From Candidatus Latescibacterota bacterium (lineage in GTDB: Bacteria; Latescibacterota; UBA2968): a stretch of 64,000 nucleotides of DNA. Where the stretch lies: the NCBI GenBank assembly GCA_965198115.1, contig OZ240241.1:4224001-4288000 (forward strand). Reading direction: 5' to 3'. This document shows positions 40,090-50,886 of this stretch, in pieces. The position numbers and the translations under genes were made by a program. The notes beneath the pieces were generated by a model, which had not been told where the DNA came from, did not search any database, and was given only the letters and a program-made list of their open reading frames with translations. Every line of letters starts with the position of its first letter. The first letter of the stretch is position 1.

Positions 40090-43000
40090 CTACGGCGGGT
40101 TCCATCGAATGGCGACAGCCGTCACATCGTCGAGTTGAGAGGCACTTCCCTGGAAGGCATTGAGATCGGAAACCAGTGCATCGAGTACACGATCGGCTTC
40201 CATCCCTCCCACTTTCCCGAACATCTCGATCAACCGCTCCTCGCCGTAAAAGTCCTCCGCCTCGTTGGCCAGATCCGTCACCCCATCGCTGTAGAGGAGC
40301 AGCGTATCCCCGGGGGCGAGCGCCACACGCTCCTCTGCGACGTTGTGCTTGGATCCGAAGGGTAACGTCAGTCCGAGTGGAATCGAAGGCATCGCGATCG
40401 ACTCGACTTCGCCCGTTGCCACACGATGAACGAGGGGATATGGATGCCCCGCGTTGGCCAGATCCACCAGTCCCGATTCCACATCGAGCGACACCAGACA
40501 CCCGGTCACGAACGACTCGTCGTCCAGGTGGTCGAGCAGCGACCAGTGCAATCCTCGGAGAACCTGTGCGGGCGATCGATCGGGTCTCAGCTCGTATCGA
40601 TACATACCGCTCAGCTGCATCACCCGCACCGCCGCCTTCATCGCCTTGCCCGACACGTCGGCCGCGCCACACACGAACGCCCTTCGGTCCCCGTCGACCC
40701 AGTCGAAGCTGTAGAAATCTCCCCCTACGTGGTTGGCCGGCAGACAACGTCCTGCCGCTTCGATCTGCTCCGTCACGATCGGCTCGAGGGGCAGAAGACC
40801 CATTTGCATTTCGTGGGCCTCCTGCAGTTCCGATTCCAGATCCAGGACCAGTTTCTCCTGGGCGGCACGCCAATCCCTGTGGCGGCGGATGGCTGTAGTC
40901 GTCGACACGCCGACCGCGATCAGTCCGAACACCGACAGAGCCAGGAACCAGGGCCTCAACCAGACGGGCGCGAGTACGTCGAACGTCACCTTCGCCGGAC
41001 TGGGATCGAAATTGAATTGCCGATCGATCGCCCGCGTCTCGAACGTATGCATACCGGGTTCCAACCGATCGAACAGAACCTGACGATCCCCCGTGTAGGG
41101 CGACCAGGCCCCCTCGTCAAGCCGCCAGGAAAAGAGCAGTTCCCGGTCGGGTGTCCCGAGCCAGCTGTCGTGACCGCCCAGACGGAGGTAGACGGGTTCG
41201 CTCGGGGCAACCCTCGTGATGGGATCGATCACGTAGGTTTCGGGGGGTTCTGATCCGGCTCATAACAGCCCAACCCCTGGTCCGTCGAAAACCACAGATT
41301 TCCGTGCCGATCCTCGGCCACATCCCACACAAGCGTGCTCGGGATGCCACTACGGGCACCGTATCGCATCGACGTCAATCCATCTGTGTGAATCGCCCCA
41401 TCCAGAATGCTCGACAGCCACAGGGTCCCATCGGATGCCACGAACATCGAACGAACCCCGTCATACCCCGTCGCCCCACCTTCCGGCATCGTCGTCCATT
41501 GCTCGCCAGACAATCGCCAGACACCCGCCAGGAACGAAACCCAGATCTCGCCGTTCGGGCGCTCGACCACGGCCTCGGGTCCCCCCAGACCGAAGGACGA
41601 TACCTCCTCGACTCGTGAAAGATCCCCTGATCGATACCTGTAGAGATCCCCACGCCGAGCCACAGGTCACCGTTCGAGTCCTCCAACAGAACCCGTGACG
41701 GTTGGTCGACTTCGATGTCCGCTCGGACCAGTGTCTGACCATCGTGCACGAACACTCCATCTCGCCCCGATAGCCAGCACCCGCCCGCTCGTCTCGGCGC
41801 AATGAACCGGAGGCTGCTACGCCGGCCTCTCCCGATACCGCGATCGACTAAACGCCACCCCTCGACGTCCAGGACCCAAATGTCGCGGGCGCCCAGAGCC
41901 CAATAACGATCCTTCGTATCCGGAAACGAGATCGAAGACCGGCTGGGGACGGGCGAATGGAAGAACGAGCTCCCATCCTTGGCCGCCGGCACGAAAGAGG
42001 CCACGGCTCGTCGACGCCCAGAGGTCGCCGTCCGCTGACCGTTCGATACGCACCGGGAACCGCTGCTCACTGAAGGGAGTTCGATGAACCACCCATCCCG
42101 TCGGAGCGTAGCGAGCCACCCCACCCCGGGTCCCGATCCACGTCGTTCCATCCGAAGCAACCAGAACCGCCATCACGCCGTTGCTCGGAAGCGCATTCTG
42201 TTCCGTGAAACTGTCGAACGCGACTTGGCCGGGTCCTCGTCTTGCCACGCCCATCGGCGTACCGACCCAGACCGTCCCATCCGGTCCTGTCGCCAGGGCG
42301 TCGATCGTGTTCGACGGCAACCCATCGTCTACGGTAAACGTCGTCCACCCCTCAACCTGCCGCGAGGTGCTTCGGTCCTCGGAGTCCGACGAGCTTGTCC
42401 CGGACGAGACCGCGGGTGATTCGAGCTGTGAGTCGTACATCAGCAATCCCGCGGTTTTCGTCCCGAACCAAAGACGACGACGCGCATCGGAAGCCACGGA
42501 GATGACATCCAACCTCGCCAGGGGTACCGGATCCCAACTCGACCATACCCCACTTGGATCACGCTTGCTGAGATGCGTCGAGGGCGGACCGGGTCCTCGC
42601 AACCCGTGAACGAGAAACACCGTGCCATCATTAAACACGGTTGCACACTCTACGTCGTCGGAATTCAAGCCATCCCGCGTCGTCAGCCGTTCGAGCCGGC
42701 CACCCTCGCCCTCTATGGAGAGACCCGCGCCACGCGTTCCGATGGCAGTCGCTCCCCCCACCGTGAAGAGCTCCCCAACGAGCGGACGCCGGCGATCGCC
42801 TCCCAGCGTGACGGGCACCCATCGGTCGTCTTGCCGATAAGCGACCCAACCCTGTCTGAATCCTCGAAACCCTTCCCCCGACGCAGCCCAGGGACGCCCG
42901 TTGCTGTCGATCATCAGGTGCGTCACCAATGCGCCGGGCAGACCGTTTGCTTCGGTGTGGTGAGTCCACTCGACGCCGTCGTACCGACTGACTCCATAGG

Positions 43001-43160
43001 CTCCACCGAACCAAATGGCGCCATCGGGTGCCTCGGCGATCGATGTGACGAAGTTGTGGAGCAGACCCTGTTCCCGACGGAAAGTGGACCAGGCGTGCGT
43101 CGGAATCTGGGACTCAACATCCGATGGAATCAGGGACAGGAGGCACAGCAGGAAGGACAT
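40090..43160 (-). CDS. Sensor phosphatase: Reg_prop beta-propeller + Y_Y_Y + TM + SpoIIE/PP2C domain (~1,020 aa; 3 frameshifts)
   Basis: Repeated DGLPSN...DG.VW.GT blades; LEPG.HTF; P.W.RPWF TM; VGGDFY, DVSGK, NAGHP, YSDGVTD, DDVT; frames 41817..43241, 41375..42160, 41229..41663, 40090..41232. Confidence 0.85.
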
Positions 43161-43327
43161 CGATGCTCCTTTGGTCAATCGGCAAGCCTTGCGAAAGATA
43201 ACTAAATGGATCCCGTATCCGGAATCGATCGGTTCCGCCACTTTCCCGACGCATTAACCTAGGGAGCAAGGAACGAGATCGATCGGAATCCGGCTGACTG
43301 TAGCCGCGCCCGGAAGTCTGTGGTCCC

Positions 43328-43351
43328 AAAAGTGGCCCCGGGGCCACTTTT
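43328..43351. promoter_or_regulatory. Perfect 24-bp palindrome (operator or bidirectional terminator)
   Basis: aaaagtggccccggggccactttt is its own reverse complement. Confidence 0.45.
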
Positions 43352-43431
43352 CTCCCTCCGATCACTTGGAGGTCATCTCCCTCGGCGGAAACGCAGGATC
43401 ATCGAAAATTCCGCAGCCTGATCGGTTCGTT

Positions 43432-43977
43432 TCAGCCCCGCTTCGAGGCATCCGCGGCCTCAACGAGATCCCAGAACGATGGAATCGGTGGATTCTCATC
43501 TTCCTCACGCACCGTCACGACCTCAAACCCCCGGGCTTCGTAGTTCGCTCTGGCCCTTGGATGGTCTTGCGAGCACGTCGACAGCCAGACTTTCTTCGAA
43601 GTCAGCTCCCACGCCCTCTTGACAGCCGCGGTCAGAAGCTGGCCTCCGAGTCCCTTGCCGATGAAGGCCGGGGCGAGCCCCATCCTTTTGATTTGAACCT
43701 CCTCTGAGGACAACAGGGTCAGCTCCACGTACCCCACAGGTGTTCCCTCGTGCAATGCCAGCCACATCTCGAACCCGGGCTGGTTCACGTAGGCATCCCA
43801 CTCCTGCTCACCCCATCCGTCTCGTCCTCCCCATTGCCAGGGATGTCCCACGAGCGTGTGAAAAAATTTGGACAGTTCGCCATAGGGGTGTGCGACACGC
43901 TCGACTTGCAGATGACCAGCGCCACCCGGCCTGAATGCATCCTCGCTGTCCATTTCCATCCTGTAGACCGTCTTCAT
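43432..43977 (-). CDS. GNAT family N-acetyltransferase
   Basis: GLAPAFIGKGLGGQLL, VWLSTC..DHPRA..NY.ARGF. Confidence 0.9.
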   Translation of the reverse strand: MKTVYRMEMDSEDAFRPGGAGHLQVERVAHPYGELSKFFHTLVGHPWQWGGRDGWGEQEWDAYVNQPGFEMWLALHEGTPVGYVELTLLSSEEVQIKRMGLAPAFIGKGLGGQLLTAAVKRAWELTSKKVWLSTCSQDHPRARANYEARGFEVVTVREEDENPPIPSFWDLVEAADASKRG

Positions 43978-44016
43978 CCCTCTCCTTTCTCCTTAGTCAC
44001 TGTCCTCAGGACCGAG

Positions 44017-45393
44017 GAGCTACAATCAATAGGTGTGGAAAAATAGAAAAGGCGACCCTACACTTCCCGTGAGATAACAATATCCACGAAATACCGGGTT
44101 CACAGGCCCGGTGGGAAGGAGGATCGCCGTGGGAAAACATAAGTCGAAGTCCCCCTCGTTGTCCATGCCGACGTGGGAAACCCTTGAGGGGTGGTTGCGT
44201 AAGGAAATCGAGGTTCGCATTCAGTCCATCGTTGAGGAGGAAGTGACCCAGTTCCTCGGACGCGGGTGGTATGAGCGCAAAGAAGCCGTAGATGCAGGAT
44301 CCGGTTATCGCAACGGCTATGGGAAGCTGCGGCGATTGTCGACCTCTTGCGGCACGATCCAGATCAAGCGGCCCCGTGTTCGCGGTTTGGAGGAGCGCTT
44401 CGAGAGCAGGATTCTGCCGTTGTTCGCTCGGCGCACGAGAGAGGTGGGGGAACTGCTCCCGGAGCTCTATCTCCACGGTCTGTCTCAGGGCGACTTCGAG
44501 TTGGCCCTGCGAGGGCTTCTCGGTGATGGGGCTCCGCTCTCCCCCTCGTCGATTGCTCGCCTCCGCGGTCAATGGGAGGTTGATTACCAGACCTGGCAGG
44601 AACGACGCCTGGACGATCGTGAGCTCGTGTATGCCTGGGCCGATGGGATCTACGTCAAAGCCGGACTTGAGAAAGATAAGGCGTGTCTGCTTGTCGTGAT
44701 CGGCGCCATGAGTGACGGCCGCAAAGAGGTTCTGGGCCTGGTGCCTGGGTATCGCGAGTCGACCGAGTCCTGGCTGGCTGTCCTTAGAGACCTACGGGAT
44801 CGCGGCTTGGATCACCCCATTCTGATGGCGGCCGATGGCAATATGGGCATCTGGTCTGCCGTCGATCAGGTCTGGCCGCACACCCGTCAGCAGCGGTGCT
44901 GGAACCACAAGATTCTCAACGTCCCGGACCAGATCCACAAACGTCAGCAGCCTCAAGCTCGTGCACTGCTCGTCCAGATTCCCTATGCCAGCACGCGTCA
45001 GGATGCGGAGAAGCTGCGCAAGCAGTTCGTCGCACGATATCGCAACGAGTTCCCGAAGGCGGTGGCAACACTCGAACGGGATTGGGATAGGATGCTCACC
45101 TTCTTCGATTTCCCAGAAGAACACTGGCGCCACCTGAGAACGACCAACATCGTCGAGAGCCCCTTTGCATCCGTGCGGTTACGAACCAACGCCGCCAAAC
45201 GCTACAAGAAGGTCGTCGCGGCAAGCGCTCTCATCTGGCGAACACTGATGGTCGCCGAGAAACGCTTCCGGCGACTCAATGCACCCCATCTGTTACACGT
45301 TGTTTATGCACAGCACAACCAAACTATGACCACAATCGACTCCGGGAAGAAGCTGGCCGCCTGATCTATTTACACACCTCTTGACTCGACCTC
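44017..45393 (+). mobile_element. IS256 family insertion sequence with 8-bp target duplication GGACCGAG
   Basis: IRL gagctacaatcaataggtgtggaaa; IRR (reverse complement) gaggtcgagtcaagaggtgtgtaaa; GGACCGAG at 44009-44016 and 45394-45401. Confidence 0.92.
44129..45364 (+). CDS. IS256 family transposase
   Basis: YRNGY, WADG, ADG, QRCWNHK, RTTNIVES DDE motifs; aggagg RBS before GTG. Confidence 0.95.
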   Translation: MGKHKSKSPSLSMPTWETLEGWLRKEIEVRIQSIVEEEVTQFLGRGWYERKEAVDAGSGYRNGYGKLRRLSTSCGTIQIKRPRVRGLEERFESRILPLFARRTREVGELLPELYLHGLSQGDFELALRGLLGDGAPLSPSSIARLRGQWEVDYQTWQERRLDDRELVYAWADGIYVKAGLEKDKACLLVVIGAMSDGRKEVLGLVPGYRESTESWLAVLRDLRDRGLDHPILMAADGNMGIWSAVDQVWPHTRQQRCWNHKILNVPDQIHKRQQPQARALLVQIPYASTRQDAEKLRKQFVARYRNEFPKAVATLERDWDRMLTFFDFPEEHWRHLRTTNIVESPFASVRLRTNAAKRYKKVVAASALIWRTLMVAEKRFRRLNAPHLLHVVYAQHNQTMTTIDSGKKLAA

Positions 45394-45446
45394 GGACCGA
45401 GGCCGAGGCTACACTGTCCCCTTAGGGTTAACTGCCATCAGGACGT

Positions 45447-46295
45447 TCATTTCACCGTCTGATAATGCCTTGATTTCTGAGCCCACATCGGATAGTGATC
45501 GTGGATCTCGACGTCGGGAAGGGGCTTTCCGAGCGGCTGCGGAGGCACGCGAAAAGGTCCACGGTTGCCCACGACATCGCACAGCGTGTAGCGCAGCCCC
45601 ATAGACCTCAGCAGGCGCGCGGACGGAATGTTCCACGGCGACGTCCGAGCGAGGATCAGACCGCCCTGCTCCAGGATCCAACGACAGGCTGCGGTCATGA
45701 CCGCACGACCCAACCCGCGCCGACCTGACCCGGGTGCGACATCGACGCCGATCTCGTAGACCGGCGGTGTGAGTGACTGAACGGATGTCATCGCGATCAG
45801 CCGGTCGTCGTCAAGCACGCCAAAGTTCGCCGACGCCGATTCCCAATAGCAGTGCCAGAAAATTTTCTCATCGACGGCGCGACGCACCTCCTCCTTCGAC
45901 AGGGCGGCGACATCCTGATCATCGACCGGTCGAAGCGTTTCCGCATTGCCGAAATAGTAGAGGTTCGGCCCCCAAACACTCACGCCGTGCGGCAAAGTCA
46001 CGCGCCCCAGTTCATAGGTTCCCAGAATCGAGAAAAGCTCGTCGTCCGAAAGACCCAGCGCGACACGTTCGATGTCCGATCGCCACCCCATAGGGATTCT
46101 CATCATCGACCGATCGCCGATCCGATACGCGAGCAGCGGTTCGGCGTGGGCGTCTGCATCGGCCTCGTAGATCCCGGGCTCGAGTGCGCACCCGAGTGTG
46201 GCGACCAACCACTCGGCCAAACCGTTAAATGTGGAGATTTCTGCTCTCAAAGATGAGCCCCTTTCCCTTGTCGTCAGAGGTTTCACAAGACACAT
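45447..46295 (-). CDS. GNAT family N-acetyltransferase (start uncertain)
   Basis: YEIGVDVAP..RRGLGRAV, N.PS.RL..SMG. Confidence 0.72.
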   Translation of the reverse strand: MCLVKPLTTRERGSSLRAEISTFNGLAEWLVATLGCALEPGIYEADADAHAEPLLAYRIGDRSMMRIPMGWRSDIERVALGLSDDELFSILGTYELGRVTLPHGVSVWGPNLYYFGNAETLRPVDDQDVAALSKEEVRRAVDEKIFWHCYWESASANFGVLDDDRLIAMTSVQSLTPPVYEIGVDVAPGSGRRGLGRAVMTAACRWILEQGGLILARTSPWNIPSARLLRSMGLRYTLCDVVGNRGPFRVPPQPLGKPLPDVEIHDHYPMWAQKSRHYQTVK

Positions 46296-46372
46296 TGGTG
46301 ACTACGATCACGATATTGCAACCGAGCCGACCTGGCAACACCGCAAGCCCACCGTCAAGACTTGGAAAACGT

Positions 46373-47988
46373 ATGCTCTACAACGGTATCGCCCTGGCGG
46401 ATCCCTGGCCCCCGCACAACGTCGTCGAGGCATCCGCCGAACCGCTCACCATCCCCTATCTGGAAGACCCGCCGGATCTCATTCCCATCGACGATGGGCG
46501 CCAGCTGTTCGTAGACGACTTCCTCGTGGCATCTTCGACGTCCGGCGCACGTATCACAAGCCAACCCTACATCAGGCGAGTCCGGTCCTCGTTCCCGAAA
46601 CCGGCGAAGAAATGGACGACGGTTACTGCCCGATGGCGGCGCCTTTCAACGACGGGATCTGCTACGACCCGGAAGACGGTCTCTATAAGCTGTGGTATAT
46701 GCCCGGCTGGTTTCACGGAACGGCCCTGGCCACGAGCGAAGATGGCATCCACTGGACGCGGCCCGACCTCGACGTCGTACCCGGCACGAACATCGTCTGG
46801 GGCGAGCCGGGCGGTAACAGGACGGACAATCGCGACGGCTGTCTCGTCTGGCTCGACCACGATACAGAGGACCCGGCCGAGCGATTCAAGATGTTCCAAT
46901 ATTACCGTCACATACAGCACGACGGTTCAACGCTCAGCGAGGGAGGCCTCCACGTGTCGGCGGACGGCGTTCACTGGAGTAAGCCGGTTATTACGCCGAC
47001 CGTGGGTGACAACACGAGCTACTTCTACAACCCGTTCCGCAAGAAGTGGTGTATGAGCATTCGGCACGGAATTGCGAGCCTCGGGAACCAGCGTGCCCGG
47101 TGGTATCAGGAACGGGACCGGTTCCTGGATACCTGGTCATCGGACGATGAAGTCTTCTGGCAGCGGGCGGATCGTCTCGACCTCGCAGATCCCGCGCGGC
47201 CCGACCATCGGGTTGCACTCTACGATCTCAACGTCACAGCCTACGAGAGCTTGATGGTCGGGGCGTTTGCCATCTTTCGCGGACCCGAGAACGACATCTG
47301 CGCCAAGGAGGGTGTCCCGAAGACGATCGATCTCGAGCTGGGTTACAGTCGCGACGGCTTCCATTTCTCGCGTCCCGATCGATCTCCCTTCCTCGCGTCG
47401 AGTCGTCAGAACGGCGACTGGAATCGGGCCTACCTCCACGCGTGCGGCGGTCTCTTTACCGTCGTCGGCGACGAACTTCGCTTCTATTTCGCCGGTTTCT
47501 CCGGAGAGTCCCCGAGGCTCGGGCCAACCGACGAGGGACCAGGACGCGGCCGCCGCGTGATGTACGCTGGAGCGAGCACCGGGTTGGCCACCCTCAGACG
47601 CGACGGCTTCGCTTCGATGGATGCGGGCGACGAAGAATCTGAGCTGCTGACCCGCCCGGTCCGATTCGAGGGAGTCAGGCTCTTCGTGAATACCGAATGC
47701 GAATCGGACGGAGAAATACGCGTGGAGGTCTGCGACAAAGCAGGCGATGCGGTCGAGAATCTGAATTCGGAGAGGTGCAACCCGATTCGGAAGAGCACCA
47801 CAAGGGGCGAGATCAAGTGGAACGATGGCAACCTGGGTTCGGTCACAGACCGGGACGTGCGTTTGAGATTCCGGGGGAGAAATTGCCGTCTATACAGCCT
47901 TTGGGTCACATCTGATCGTGAGGGCAAGAGTGGAGGCTATGTGGCAGCCGGCGACCCGGGATTCGGCGATGGCAAAGACGTGCCATAA
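46373..47988 (+). CDS. Glycoside hydrolase family 32-like beta-propeller protein, frameshifted near 46542
   Basis: RQLFVDDFL in frame 46229; YKLWY, ATSEDGIHW.RP, SRDG, LATLRRDGFASM, LLTRPV.F, VRLRF...LYS in frame 46198. Confidence 0.75.
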
Positions 47989-48040
47989 AAGGATTGGGGC
48001 GAAGCCGTCGCTATCGTCCCCTGTCTACCGTCCACTGTCC

Positions 48041-48865
48041 TTACTTTTCCACCATCGCCTTCAGTTTCTTCAGCCCTGTCTCCGCCGCCCACGCCGGCCC
48101 CCGGTCCCAATAGCTCTGATTGAACAACTCCAGCGAAAGCATCCCGTCGAAGCCGATCCGATTCAGACTCTCGACGATCTCAGTCCACGGCGCCATTCCG
48201 TCTCCCGGAAACACGCGATCTGCATCCGTGACGTCTTCACGCCCGGGTGACGCCGGATAGTCGTTGACGTGCACGAGACCAAGACGGCCATCGCCGAAGT
48301 GCTCGAACCCGTGGTGATGTCCGCTGCCCTTGTACATATGAAAAATGTCCGCGAGTAACCGGACATCCGAACGCCCGCATTCAGCTGCGACGAGCAACGC
48401 CTCCCCCGTCCTTCCCAGTGTCTTCGCGATGCCCCAGTATTCCAGCAAAGGCGTGACGCCGTAGCCCTTCGCGACATCGACCACCTTTGCGTATCGTTCC
48501 GCCACCTCGAAGATGTCGACCACACGATCGTGAATCCCTCGGGGTGGGGCCGCCAGAAAGGGGCACCCGAGCGTTCGTGCCATCGCAAGGCAGCGTTCGA
48601 GTTCCTCAAGTCCCGACTTACGCCGGTCTTCCTCGGGCACGGCCCATTCCGGAAACGCAATCAGGTTTACGATCTGAACTCCGCAGTCGTCCGCCTTCGC
48701 CCGTACCTCCTCGAGCGTCCCCCCTCGTTCCACGAAGTCATCCAGTTCACTCACCCAGGGCTCGATACCGTCGTAGCCAGCGCCGGCTGCTGTGCCGATC
48801 GTGTCGAGCGGCGTTGCCTCCTCTGACCGAATCGTACTCGTGTTCAGACAACATTTTAACGCCAT
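48041..48865 (-). CDS. Sugar phosphate isomerase/epimerase (xylose isomerase-like TIM barrel)
   Basis: AGYDGIEPW, LEY, DIFH, VHVND, R.FPGDG, SLELFN. Confidence 0.9.
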   Translation of the reverse strand: MALKCCLNTSTIRSEEATPLDTIGTAAGAGYDGIEPWVSELDDFVERGGTLEEVRAKADDCGVQIVNLIAFPEWAVPEEDRRKSGLEELERCLAMARTLGCPFLAAPPRGIHDRVVDIFEVAERYAKVVDVAKGYGVTPLLEYWGIAKTLGRTGEALLVAAECGRSDVRLLADIFHMYKGSGHHHGFEHFGDGRLGLVHVNDYPASPGREDVTDADRVFPGDGMAPWTEIVESLNRIGFDGMLSLELFNQSYWDRGPAWAAETGLKKLKAMVEK

Positions 48866-48932
48866 ACCGTTCCTCGACTTTCGATCTTCGATTCAACGTG
48901 GATCAATTTCTCAGAACATTCGTCTGGTTTTC

Positions 48933-49702
48933 CTACAAAACCACTTGCACAAAGACCATTAGGCAGAACCCTGTCAGAAACGCCCAGGCGACCTCGTAGG
49001 AAGAGCGCTTGTCGAGGGCATCCGGTATCAGTTCCCCAACGACCAGAAAGATCATCGCTCCAGCTGCAAGTCCCAGCAGCGGGACCATCAGCGGATGGAA
49101 AAACCAGACCATCAACGTAGCGGGTACCGCGGCGACTGGTTGCGGAACGCTCGTAAGGAAGGCGGCAACGGCGCACCGAAGAATGCTCGCGCCCCGGGCC
49201 CGCATCGGGATCGCCACCGCTAGCCCTTCGGGAATGTTGTGGATGGCGATCGCCAGTGCGATGTTGCTGCCGAGGTTGTCCGCATCCGCAACGAGCTCTT
49301 CGGAGGCGTATCCCACACCCACCGCGATCCCTTCGGGGACGCTGTGGAAAGACATCGCCACGAAGATCAGGATCTCCCGACGAGATCCAAAGGATTTCAC
49401 ACGATCCAGTCGCTCCTCTGTGAGGGCTCTGTCCAGAATCCACAGAAATCCACCACCGGCCAGGACGCCCCGAGCAATTTCAAGACAGGCAAGACCGATT
49501 GCCCGTGGCTTCCAAGGGTCAGCCCCGGGAGGATGAGATTGTAAACAGAGGCTGAGAACATCAGCCCCCCGGCAAAACCGTAACCCAGACCTACGCGGTT
49601 CTCCAGATCGATCGTCTTGAAACATAACGGCAGGGCGCCAAGACCGCACGCCAGACTCGCCGCCATCCCGGCGACGAAGCACTCGACAAGGAATGAGTTC
49701 AT
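48933..49702 (-). CDS. ZIP family metal transporter (ZupT/GufA), frameshifted near 49470
   Basis: GFAGGLM.SAS in 49397 frame; HSVPEGIAVG, HNIPEGLAV, AAGAM, ELIP in 48933 frame; RBS aggagg. Confidence 0.85.
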
Positions 49703-49719
49703 TCGGTCCTCCTCCTTGT

Positions 49720-49747
49720 AGAATAGCCCTACCGCTCCGCCCGTCAA
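49720..49747 (-). promoter_or_regulatory. Putative sigma70 promoter for the ZIP gene
   Basis: TTGACG-N16-TATTCT, with AT-rich sequence upstream. Confidence 0.4.
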
Positions 49748-49935
49748 CCCATAACCCATTGTTTTTATGTAATTTGAATACGTAAACATCTGTTTGCCTC
49801 GAACGCCGTCTGTTTGGTCTGCAAAACAGAAGGCGCCGACTATTTCAGCCGACGCCTCGATATCGTCAATGCCACCTCGGAAAAGCAACTCCCACACATC
49901 TCGCTATCTGCATGACTCCCGGTATGCAGTGGTAC

Positions 49936-50739
49936 TTAAAACAGGGCTGATGAAAACGCCCGCCGACGCGATTTCGTCGTTTCGTGATGTTCGCCCAACA
50001 ATTTGAAAAGGGCGATACAAGCGCGGCGGGGACCATCGTCGTCGATCTCGCGGTGGCCGTTCGCGATCGCCTCGATCCACCGATCGAGCGCCGTGTCGTA
50101 GTCCCCTTGAACAAGTGCTACGTTCCCCTCGCCGTAGAGCTTCCACCCGCCCGATTCCGCAGCGTCAGGCAGCCCGGCCAGCCGACCCAGCGTGCGAATC
50201 GCATCCGCATCTTCGAATGCCGGATGGCCTTCATCGATCGACTCGACTAACGCCGCGGCCCTCTCCGGATCATCCGCGAACGTCAATCGGGCAAGCCGCA
50301 CCGCAAGGTCTATTTGGTCAGGATCGCCCTGATGGAGGGATTCCAGGATGGAACGAGCCTGATCCACCTGCCCGGCTTCGATCAGGTCATCGATCCGGGC
50401 AACCGCGTCCTTGCCGGCCGACGGTAAATGGTCGTTCAGCCACTGCTTCACCTGCGGTTTGGGCAATGCTCCCGTAAATTCGCCAATCACCTCGCCCTGA
50501 TAAAAGAGCTTGCAAGCCGGGATCCCACGCACCTGAAACGCCTGCGCGGTTTCCTGATTTTCGTCGACATTCACTTTGACGAGACACCACGCACCATCGC
50601 CCTCCGCCACCAGCTCTTCCAAAACGGGCCCGAGTGCACGGCACGGCCCACACCATTCCGCCCAAAAGTCCACCAGCACGGGCACATCTGCGCTCGCCTC
50701 GATCACATCCTTTTCGAACAACGTGAACACCGCTTCCAT
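49936..50739 (-). CDS. Thioredoxin-TPR chaperedoxin (CnoX/YbbN-like)
   Basis: PVLVDFWAEWCGPC, VRGIP, F.GALP, C-terminal DDGPR...RR.FSSALF. Confidence 0.88.
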   Translation of the reverse strand: MEAVFTLFEKDVIEASADVPVLVDFWAEWCGPCRALGPVLEELVAEGDGAWCLVKVNVDENQETAQAFQVRGIPACKLFYQGEVIGEFTGALPKPQVKQWLNDHLPSAGKDAVARIDDLIEAGQVDQARSILESLHQGDPDQIDLAVRLARLTFADDPERAAALVESIDEGHPAFEDADAIRTLGRLAGLPDAAESGGWKLYGEGNVALVQGDYDTALDRWIEAIANGHREIDDDGPRRACIALFKLLGEHHETTKSRRRAFSSALF

Positions 50740-50886
50740 CTCGAACCTCCAGCCTTTGATCAGCGTAGCCGCGATCAGAGGACATATGGTATGGCAAAAA
50801 ACGAATCGGGTGTTGAGGCTTTTCTCGCTGAACTGTTTCTCAATCTCTGAATCGAAGCAATAGGAACATCGGTCAACGGTGTGGCA

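Noticed and set aside
43260-43430. Riboswitch or tRNA-like element
   Set aside because: No conserved riboswitch or tRNA motif recognised by eye; kept only as a palindrome observation.
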